DNA from: Octopus vulgaris
Lineage: Eukaryota
Length of the DNA stretch: 64,000 bases
Direction of reading: 5' to 3'
NCBI GenBank assembly: GCA_951406725.2
Contig: OX597818.1
Span: forward strand, 140,926,001-140,990,000
Shown: in pieces, positions 53,649 to 64,000 of the stretch
How positions within the stretch are numbered: position 1 is the stretch's first letter
How the letters are laid out: every line of letters starts with the position of its first letter
Made by a program: the position numbers and the translations under genes
The notes under the pieces: model-generated
Told to the model about the DNA's origin: nothing
Databases searched by the model: none
Seen by the model: the letters and a program-made list of their open reading frames with translations, nothing else

Positions 53649-53653
<5 letters not shown>
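53333..53653. mobile_element. Penelope-like inverted pseudo-LTR pair (family F) with U3-A8 HHR-like motifs
   Basis: Inverted arms at ~53387-53519 and ~53524-53653. Homologous to 57470-57592 and 58793-59160. Confidence 0.65.
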
Positions 53654-53688
<35 letters not shown>

Positions 53689-53856
53689 TTACATTCATTA
53701 TATACGCACGCACATACACACACGAATATACATGAATATATATACTTTTTCGTCGCTTCCGTCACGTTTTTGTTTAATTTTATAATCCTATTGTATTTTT
53801 GTTCTTGTAATCTGAATGTGATTCTTGCCATTAATATTTCTGTTGAACCCTTACAT

Positions 53857-54072
53857 ACTCTTTACTCTTTACTCTTTTATTTGTTTCAGTCATTTGACTG
53901 TGGCCATGCTGGAGCACCGCCTTTTTTTTAAATCGAGCAACTCGACCCCGGGACTTATTCTTTGTAAGCCCAGTACTTATTCTATCGGTCTCTTTTGCCG
54001 AACTGTTAAGTGACAGGAACATAAACACACCAGCATCGGTTGTCAAGCAATGCTATGGGGACAGACACACAA

Positions 54073-54121
<49 letters not shown>

Positions 54122-54293
54122 CATATATACGACAGGCTTCTTTCAGTTTCCGTCTACCAAATCCACTCTCAAGGCTTTGGTCGGCCCGAGGCTATAGCAG
54201 AAGACACTTGCCCAAGGTGCCACGCAGTGGGACTGAACCCGGAACCATGTAGTTAGTAAACAAGCTTCTTACCACACGACCACTCCTGCGCCT
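53857..54293 (-). mobile_element. SINE family B
   Basis: Full-length match with internal (CA)n(TA)n. Confidence 0.9.
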
Positions 54294-54993
54294 ACATGTT
54301 TGTAAACAGTAAATATTAATCAGGTTGCATACAACTGCGTATAAGCGTCTGTACGAATTCAATGATGACCTCTTGTGTACCTGTCGGCCCCAGAATAATT
54401 ATTTCATTTAATATAAAGCAAGTTTAAATTTTTGGCAGTCGATATATACTAAGTAATTTACGTTGTTGTTCTGTGCAGCTGCCAAACTTGCTCGAATAAC
54501 GAACTAAACTACAGGTAGTAACCAATGTATAGATAAGGATATACTTTCAATTTACTAATCTTCAGTAATACTTTTCAGCTAAATGTTTAATGAATTTATC
54601 TAGTTTATGAGCCTTGTAATAATATTAGCTTCGAAACAGTTACTAATGGTTTCCTTTCACCAAACAGACAAACGTGCGCGTGTACGAGCATACACACGCA
54701 CACACACACGCATGCACACACTCATACACATATAATCGTGAATGCCACTCGGAACGGATTATGATTTGATAGCATGTACATATGCTTCGCAATTTGTTTT
54801 TGGTATCTATACTATAACTGTGGGCTAGCGGTTAGCGCGTTGCATTCACGTTCGCGAGATCGTGGTTTCGGATTCCCGGATCGTTAAAGCTTTTGGTTCT
54901 TTAGAAAGATAATTCATTTCAAGTTGCTCCATTCCACTCACCAGGAAACGGGAAACAATGCGACGGACTAAATTTCATTTCAAGTGTAATATC

Positions 54994-55227
54994 TGTTTCT
55001 TTATTACCCACAAGGGGCTAAACACAGAAGAGACAAACAAGGACAGACAAACGGATTAAGTCGATTACATCGACCCCAGTATGCAACTGGTACTTAATTT
55101 ATCGACCCCGAAAGGATGAAAGGCAAAGTCGACCCCGGCAGAATTTGAACTCAGAACGTAACGGCAGACGAAATACGGCTAGGCATTTCGCCCGGTGTGC
55201 TAACGGTTCTGCCAGTTCGCAGCCTTT
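54994..55227 (-). mobile_element. SINE family C, full length, nested in an older G-type SINE (54820-55265)
   Basis: 17-bp TSD ATTTCAAGTGTAATATC at 54977-54993 and 55228-55244. Head GGCTGCGAACTGGCAGAACCGTTAGCAC. Confidence 0.88.
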
Positions 55228-55959
55228 ATTTCAAGTGTAATATCGACCTGTCCGCCTAGCCGGCGCAGTAGCATAGTTAGAAAGCTACAACTACAAGTGG
55301 AAGCAAATAGTGACCAGCAGTGTATAATTATTTTGAATATTATGCAATAACAAGCAGATATGTCTCCCTCCCCCGAGCATCCCATTCTTGAGTCGGCCGA
55401 ATATTGAGTATATGACAATTACAGAGGCCGCGGTAAGGCTCTTCCAGCAGAGAACAGGTGTCTATTTTGTTCAACCTACTACACCAGAGCGACATCAAAT
55501 AAAGCACCGACGCATTATACTGTCCAATAATCAAGTGGATGACCTTTATGCTTATGAATCCAACATTGTAAAAACAAGGAAGACGCCCATTCATTTTATG
55601 CATCTGTATGCTAATTTGTATGCGTGCATACATATGCATGCATTATATTTATACACAGATAGTCATACACACATACATATGTATATATATATATATATAC
55701 GTATATATATATATATATATATATATATGCATGCATTTATGTATGTATGTATGTATGTATGTATGTATGTATGTATGTATGTATGTATGTATGTATGTAT
55801 GTATGTGTGTATGCATGTATGTATGAATATATATACATACATACAGACTGAGAGTTGTGAAAGATGAATTGCTAAGGGGGAAAATATTGCTAGGGCAGAT
55901 AATTGTTCACTCATTCATTTTGCTGTAAAGGGGAGGTAAATCTGTAAATTTTATATTTT

Positions 55960-56390
55960 TGTAGGCCCAAGTTCACTCGTCAACAACATCGAAACCAATA
56001 GTAAGACATGCGGAAGACCTAACTGTGGTGTATGTATCAGCCTAATTGAGAGATCGCTATTCTCTTTCAAACAGAGTCAGCGTTTTAAAGTGAAAATCAA
56101 CGTTCACATGTGCTTCAGAAAACCTAATATATGTATTAACTTGCTAAGGATGTTGAGAACAATATATCGGTCAAACTAAAATCAGTCTACACCAGAGGAT
56201 GATGCTACATAGATCCTAGATTAAAATACGAGAATACGAGAAAAATAGGATTGATATTTGCACCACTAACGAAGAATCCAACTTTGGAACTTTTCCCAGT
56301 TATAAATTCAGGGAGAATGCAACTTATAATCAACACATTAGCAAAGAAGCATATGCTATCGCAAAATGTAAACCTACTTTGAATGCTTTC
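55960..56390 (+). pseudogene. Penelope GIY-YIG endonuclease domain with CCCC linker
   Basis: KTCGRPNCGVC...FTCASENLIYVLTC*GC*EQYIGQTKISLHQRMMLHR...KEAYAIAKCKPTLN. Confidence 0.85.
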
Positions 56391-56830
56391 ACCACAGATG
56401 AAACTACTACAAGAATTTAGAATAATTCCAACCACTACAGCTACGACTACAACAAGTCACTTTTAGGTCATTAGACCATTAAAGAATATTCCACAAACAA
56501 TCTACTATGTGACAGCACTCCTGTATTTTTTCTTTACTTTTCTGTTCTTTCTCCTTCTTCCCTACTCCTACACCTCTGCCTTCTTCATCGTCTCCTCCTC
56601 CTCCATCTTCATCTTCTTCTTCTCGGTCTTCTTCTCCTCCCTCAGCTGCTCCTGCTTAAAACATCAATTTCCTGTACTCAAAACTATTCCTTTAGATTTA
56701 CTACTACTTACCTACTAAGGATTCACAAAGGAAGAGAGAGACAGACAGACAGACTATTTGAAGACTATGGAAATATTTACAAAATATTTCACTTAATTGT
56801 TTTCTCCAATTTGTTTTTTCTTATTTTACA

Positions 56831-56870
56831 TTTAGATGAAAAAGTCTAAAAGTCGGAAACCGGTACTAAA
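56831..56870 (+). ncRNA. Decayed minimal hammerhead in PLE 3' region
   Basis: Stem I TTTAG/CTAAA, degenerate core ATGAAAA, GAAA, palindromic ACCGGT, GUA triplet. Downstream of the GIY-YIG remnant on the same strand. Confidence 0.5.
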
Positions 56871-57003
56871 ATCTAATTCATGATGAAATTATTTTATCAT
56901 TTTCTACTTTGTCTTATTTTCCTTATACATACCAACTCGTGTGTTACTTTTCTACATTCTACACACGCACACACAAACAAACATATATATATATATATAC
57001 TCT

Positions 57004-57222
57004 ACTCTTTTACTCTTTTACTTGTTTCAGTCATTTGACTGCGGCCATGCTGGAGCACCGCATTTAGTCGAGCAACTCGACCCCGGGACTTATTCTTTTT
57101 GTAAGCCCAGTACTTATTCTATCGGTCCCTTTTTGCCGAACCGCTAAGTGACGGGGACGTAAACACACCATCATCGGTTGTCAAGCAATGCTAGGGGAAC
57201 AAAAACAGACACACAAACACAC

Positions 57223-57270
<48 letters not shown>

Positions 57271-57437
57271 GACAGGCTTCTTTCAGTTTCCGTCTACCAA
57301 ATCCACTCACAAGGCATTGGTCGGCCGGAGCTATAGTAGAAGACACTTGCCCAAGATGCCACGCAGTGGACTGAACCCGGAACCATGTGGTTTGTTAGCA
57401 AGCTAAGTTACTTACCACACAGCCACTTCTGCGCCTA
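57004..57437 (-). mobile_element. SINE family B
   Basis: Full-length match with internal microsatellite. Confidence 0.9.
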
Positions 57438-57469
57438 TATGGCCACACCTTTATGCTTATGAATCCATA

Positions 57470-57592
57470 ATTTCGCTTCCGGAGTTGGTTTGCAAGATTC
57501 TTTATGAGAATTCGTGTGTTGAAGCATATTGTGTTATGTCTGGCGAGAGACATTCCTTTTAGTGCCTTATTATTTGCAGCCTTTTCAATAGT
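57470..57592 (-). mobile_element. Family F fragment
   Basis: TTGGTTTGCAAGATTCTTTA...CGTGTGTTGAAGCATATT matches 53346-53391. Ends with TGCAGCCTTTTCAATAG. Confidence 0.7.
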
Positions 57593-58009
57593 TGTTGAAT
57601 CTGTTCGTTGTCCCAGTGCTTGTGTGTGGGTCAGTGTGTGCGTATACACATTTGTCTATGTATGCATGCATGCATGCATGTAAATGTATGTATACATGCA
57701 TGTATGTGTGTGCGTATGTATATATGTATGGTTGAGTGTCTCTGTCTGTGTCTTTCTGTGAAGTGAAGTGTGTGTGTGTGTGTATGGTCATGTATTTCAG
57801 ACTTTATTTGCGTATGTGTGTGCATGTGTGCTTGTCTGTTTATATTACCTGTCCGTTTGTACCTGTCCGTCTATCTGTTTACATTCATATCTATATGTCT
57901 ACATACATATACATATACATATGCGTATACACATACACACATACATCTACGTAACAACCCACTAACTATTCTACATGTATATAAAGCGCAAACAGATGAA
58001 TAAGCAGAA

Positions 58010-58712
58010 TGCATACATAAAAACGAACACACATACATACGTATAAACATACGCACACACACATACACATCCATACATAAATACACACATACAAGCATAC
58101 ATACATACATACATACATACATACATACATACATACATACATACATACATACATACATACTTACATACATACATACGTACGTACGTACATACATACATAC
58201 ATACATACATACATACATACATACATACATACATACATACATACATACATACATACATACATACATACACACACACATACATGCATACATACATACATTC
58301 ATACATACATACATACATACATACATACATACATACATACATACATACATACATACATACATACATACATACATACATACATACATACATACATACATAC
58401 ATACATACATACATACATACATACATACATACTTACATACATACATAAATACATACATAAATACATACATACATACATACATACATACATACATACATAC
58501 ATACATACATACATACACACACACATACTACATACATACATACATACATACATACATACATACATACATACATACATACATACATACATACATACATACA
58601 TACATACATAAATACATACATAAATACATACATACATACATACATACATACATACATACATACATACATAAATACACACATACACGCATACATACATGCA
58701 TACATACATATG
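58010..58712. repeat. (TACA)n tetranucleotide array, ~700 bp
   Basis: Directly visible. Source of the YVCM-repeat ORFs. Confidence 0.97.
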
Positions 58713-58849
58713 TATGCGCACACATAGTGACCCACACAGATACGCAGAAACAAGCAAAAAGAATGCAGCTCAGATAAAGGACAGAATCGACACCTACTGA
58801 AAAGGTGGCGATACTCAATGAAAATTTTAGGTAAGATAAATAAGTAAAT

Positions 58850-59080
58850 GAGGCGCAATGGCCTAGTGGTTAGGGCAGCGGACTCGCGGTCGCAGGATCG
58901 CGGTTTCGATTCTCAGACCGGGCGTTGTGTGTGTTTATTGAGCGAAAACACCTAAAAGCTCTACGAGGCTCCGGCAGGGGTGGTGATCCCTGCTGTACTC
59001 TTTCACCACAATGGCGGTGCCCCAGCATGGCCACAGCTCAAGAGCTGAAACTGGAAAAACAAACAAACAAAAACAAACAA
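58850..59080 (+). mobile_element. Chimeric SINE: family A head plus family B-type tail, inserted in a family F element (58793-59160)
   Basis: A head followed by GGCGGTGCCCCAGCATGGCCACAGC...GCTGAAAC and (AAAC)n. AAATGAG duplicated at 58846-58852 and 59080-59086. Confidence 0.8.
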
Positions 59081-59265
59081 AATGAGTGGAAACTTTACCA
59101 GTGAGTGCGTTAACTAATAGGGCACTAAAAGAGAATGACTCCTCCTAGACACAAAAATATTTATTTTTTCTGGCCGATATATGTAAATTTATATCACGAA
59201 CTCCTCAATATATCGCGGGGCGGGTTTCTGTGGCCGATAAGTATATTTTTTAGATTTCAATTATT

Positions 59266-59652
59266 GGTGGAAGCACTCCGTCGGTTACGACGACGAGGGT
59301 TCCGGTTTGATCCGAATCAACGGAACAGCCTGCTCGTGAAATTAATGTGTAAGTGGCTGAGCACTCCACAGACACGTGTACCCTTAACGTAGTTCTCGGG
59401 GATATTCAGTGTGACACAGAGAGTGACAAGGCCGGCCCTTTGAAATACAGGTACAACAAAAACAGGAAGTAAGAGTGAGAGAAAGTTGTGGTGAAAGAGT
59501 AGAGCAGGGTTCACCACCATCCCCTGCCGGAGCCTCGTGGAGCTTTAGGTATTTTCGCTTAATAACACTCACAACGCTCGGTCTGAGAATCGAAACCGCG
59601 ATCCTATGACCACCAGTCCGCTGCCCTAACCACTGGGCCATTACGCCTCCAC
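59266..59652 (-). mobile_element. SINE family A, full length
   Basis: Reverse complement of 999-1384. 12-bp TSD ATTTCAATTATT at 59254-59265 and 59653-59664. Confidence 0.9.
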
Positions 59653-60018
59653 ATTTCAATTATTATGCGGTAAAATAAAGATGTTCACACCTAAAAATAA
59701 ATAAATTATTAAATAAAAACACAGTACAGTACTGCATTATATGACACATTACTTAAAATATATTAAAAACAACTATGTAGTATACCGTTAACAAAGAATC
59801 GCACATATTGTATGGAGAACGGAACTTGGGAAGCGTGTGTGTCGTGTTGTTTTGCATTTATAAAAAAATAAATATATACAAATTATAGAAATAATAAAAA
59901 AGATATATGCAGTACTATCTCTACTTCGCGGACTTTTACATATCTTGGGTGTTTTTGGAACGTAACACCCGCAATAGGGGAGGGATTAATGTTTTTATAT
60001 ATATATATATATATATAA

Positions 60019-60422
<404 letters not shown>

Positions 60423-60562
60423 GATATATATTTTTTATATATGCATGTATATATATATATATATACTTAGATACCTATATAGGATATAAATTTTTTAAAA
60501 ATTTACTACTAGTGGTCTAGCGTGCATAAAAAGTCAATAGACGGCATATTATTCAATATAAA

Positions 60563-60857
60563 ATAGTGTACATTTAATAAACAAAGAGAAATTACCAATA
60601 ACAGGCAGTTTCTACACGCTAGGAGACAGTGAAAACGACCGAAGACCACAAAAAAAATTTAAGCGGTTTCAAAGGGAATGAAACATAAAAGCTTTTACAA
60701 GGTAAAAAGAAAAAAAAAATAAGGTAAAAGTTTTTATTTTTCATTCCCTTTGAAACCGCTTAAATTTTTTTGTGGTCTTCAGCCGTTTTGACTGTCTCCT
60801 AGCGTGTAGAAACTGACTGTTATTGGTAATTTCTCTTCTGTTTTAAATGTACACTGT
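60563..60857. repeat. Long inverted repeat (~135-bp arms, 25-nt spacer), probably an inverted PLE pseudo-LTR
   Basis: 60563-60698 is the reverse complement of 60724-60857. Confidence 0.85.
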
Positions 60858-60858
60858 T

Positions 60859-60924
<66 letters not shown>

Positions 60925-60949
60925 GTACGAATACAAGAAATATAAGTAT

Positions 60950-61100
60950 ACTTTTCTACTCTAGGCACAAAACCCGAAACTTTTAAGGAGGGAGCCAGTC
61001 GTTTAGATCGACACCAGTACGCAACTGGTACTTAATTTATCGACCTCAAGAGGCAAAATCGACCTCGATCGAATTCCTATTTGTATTTCTTTACTACCCA
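60950..61100 (-). mobile_element. SINE family C fragment (with part of a second unit)
   Basis: CCAGTACGCAACTGGTACTTAATTTATCGACC and ATTTCTTTACTACCCA. Confidence 0.7.
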
Positions 61101-61167
61101 ATATAATATAGTATATATATATATTCAAACATATAAGGGATCGCCATATATATATATATATATACAT

Positions 61168-61720
61168 GGTGGCTGCCCCCTCGTTATCAAGTATGGCCAT
61201 TGCACGAAGCTTAATCAATGTTGTTATCGTGCAATGCCTGTGCAAGAAGATATTTTTTTTAAGTGAGGAAAGGCTGTGCACTGAGTCAATTCCACTCACT
61301 AAGCAACAGCGACCATAATCCGAAAAGAAGAACAAGTCAACATCCACGGTAACCACTGAGCCGCAGGGTTTTATGTCGGAGTTATCCCAATTACCTGAGT
61401 TACTTTCTCCTAGAAGGATGCCCTAACAAAGGCTAGGAGTCCTTCACTCCCTATGGTTTAACAGCACGATCGAGTATTCAGTCCGATTAATTCTATGACC
61501 CCCGCGCATGATACAGCCTTAAGACATTTTTTGGATGGCCGTTGACTCTCAAGAGTTCCTCCGCTCTTTGACGAGTTTTGTTTGTCATCTCGCAGGGTGT
61601 CCAGTAAACACCCTCCTCACCAAGCAAGCTTGGTGGGGTTGCCGGTATAGTCGCCGACGACCCGACCATGCAACAGATTGTACTGTGTTACATGTTACCA
61701 GTAGCACTCGAAAGTGACCT

Positions 61721-61723
<3 letters not shown>
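61168..61723 (-). mobile_element. Bipartite RTE-like element (family D), copy 3
   Basis: Same boundaries and sequence as 10367-10929. Flanked by (TA)n and (CA)n. Confidence 0.75.
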
Positions 61724-61769
<46 letters not shown>

Positions 61770-61789
61770 AAGGCATTTTTTTCCAAATA

Positions 61790-62135
61790 CGCCACTAAAT
61801 TAAGTTGTACTGTCTATTAGTCGTAAGACACCCGCTGTTTTTGTCCTGTTTTTACCATTATTGTTTTTTGTATTTTATATTCGTGTGGCATCGTCCGTTT
61901 TTCTGTCCCTGTTTCGTATACATTCGATCCTTCTTCCAAGAAATCTAATGCTCATAGCTTAGTTTTTCCTTGGGGCTCACCGGATCGGAGCGATCTCAAG
62001 ATTAATCAGCCGAAATTGCTACGATGATCCGGTTCTTGACTGAAGATTGAAGGCTTCGAATGTCCCGTCCGTGTTTTTTGTATCGTCTTCTAAATGTTTT
62101 ACGTTCTTGTCCCAGTTTGTATTTTTCTACATATA
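61790..62135 (+). mobile_element. Putative PLE pseudo-LTR-like repeat fragment
   Basis: T/C-rich composition and a 3' end like family E. Bounded by microsatellites and contains scattered HHR core motifs. Confidence 0.35.
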
Positions 62136-62583
62136 ATATATATATATACACATATATATACATGTGTGCATGGAAATGTGCATATGTATGAGTACGTACA
62201 TGCACATATATGTTTGTGTGTTTATGCGTATACATATACATGTTCGTGTAACAGTGTACGTATGTAGACTTACATATATATATATATATATATGTTTGTA
62301 TGTATGTATGTATGTATATGAAGACTTGTATATGAAAAGCCAATTTTCGGATATGTTGTGAACACAATGGACAACATTTTTGTATACGATATCCTTATAT
62401 ATGCATACATGTATGTGTGTGTGTGTATCACAAGAGACTGTCAGAGCCGTATACGTCAATGTAGGTATACGCAAATACCAAGCTTTAAGTTTGTAAATTC
62501 GTGAACTTTTATGCCTCTGTATATATATATATATATATATGTGAGTGTGTGTGTATGAAAATGTATTCTATGAGCTACTATAT

Positions 62584-62675
<92 letters not shown>

Positions 62676-63113
62676 GTGTGCTACATAGCTAAGCTTTAAA
62701 TTCCAATTTCACTTTTACAGTTATTTATCATATATTTTCCCATTGAAGTCAATACACTGCATCCTTTCTTCTATTTCAGTATAGTATCAACAAATAAAAT
62801 TGATGGATCTATTGTAAACTTTAACACTATTTCATGGGAACAAACAGCTGACCTAGGAACATTATATTTATTTTACTTACAATATTATTGGTTGCAGCAC
62901 AACCCGTGATAGATTTTACCGTAAACACTATCGAGACCATGATTAAATATCTTGTATATTTTAGATAATAATGGACTCCGTGTAAACATATATATATAAA
63001 TATGTATATGCTTACTTCACCGACACGTGCGCACACAGAAACTTTTACTTATCTACACCCACGCACTCACAAAAATGTACCCCCTCGCATATACCAACAC
63101 ATATAGGTGTGAT

Positions 63114-63146
<33 letters not shown>

Positions 63147-63161
63147 ATATATATATATATA

Positions 63162-63212
<51 letters not shown>

Positions 63213-63544
63213 CTATCTGTCAACCTATTTATCTTTCTATCTAACTATCTAGTTCTGCACACATGCTCACACATACATATGTATTTATATATGTGGGTGG
63301 GTTGTTGTTTGTGTATGTTTGTATATATGTATGTACATTGTGATTGTAGACTAAATCATTCGAGTGTAAATATTTGATTTTCAAACAAAAGTATAGAAAA
63401 GCCCGATAGAACAGAAACAAATTTTGATAAACACGCATGCATGCGCACACAATTATACACATGGCTAAAGGCACAAGCCCACACACTCTAACTATTTTAC
63501 ACACATACACACGTACACACACATACACACACACACACATATAC

Positions 63545-63629
<85 letters not shown>

Positions 63630-63791
63630 CACATATATACTTGCATACATACATACATACGTATGTTTGTGTATGCGTAAATGTGTGTATGTGTAATCAT
63701 GTATGGATGCATATGTGTATATATAAGTGTTTCATCAATGCAAAATACTGAATACACACACACACCCGCTAACGTCTGTTTGTATATATAA

Positions 63792-63855
<64 letters not shown>

Positions 63856-64000
63856 TAACGTTAATTTGCGAATATAGTGGCAGTCCTGAGTAGGGTTATG
63901 TTACTAGTTTTTAACCCCAGGAAATTTACTGTAACCCCGATATATACTGTGACCAAGGGAGTTTACTACTCTCTTCTAGCCGTTTGCAGTACCAGTAGAC

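Overview
AT-rich eukaryotic non-coding DNA (large intron or intergenic). It most resembles an octopus/cephalopod genome; this is inferred from the extreme (TA)n/(CA)n/(TACA)n/(GATA)n microsatellite load and the tRNA-SINE repertoire. I find no credible host protein-coding gene, and most entries in the ORF track are microsatellite read-throughs. The window is a dense mosaic of mobile elements: at least four tRNA-derived SINE families that swap head and tail modules, three copies of a ~555-bp bipartite RTE-like non-autonomous element, a full-length decayed Tc1 element with TIRs, an L1/Tx1-like ORF1 remnant, a probable R4/Dong remnant, a long-hairpin element, and many Penelope-like element (PLE) relics (RT, GIY-YIG, inverted pseudo-LTRs). 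The most interesting signal is a set of minimal hammerhead-ribozyme (HHR) motifs in the PLE-derived repeats. It includes one canonical copy, two families with family-wide non-canonical cores (A6U; U3-A8), and one speculative permuted arrangement. All calls were made by eye without alignment or folding tools; element boundaries are approximate. The family letters A-G are my own labels.
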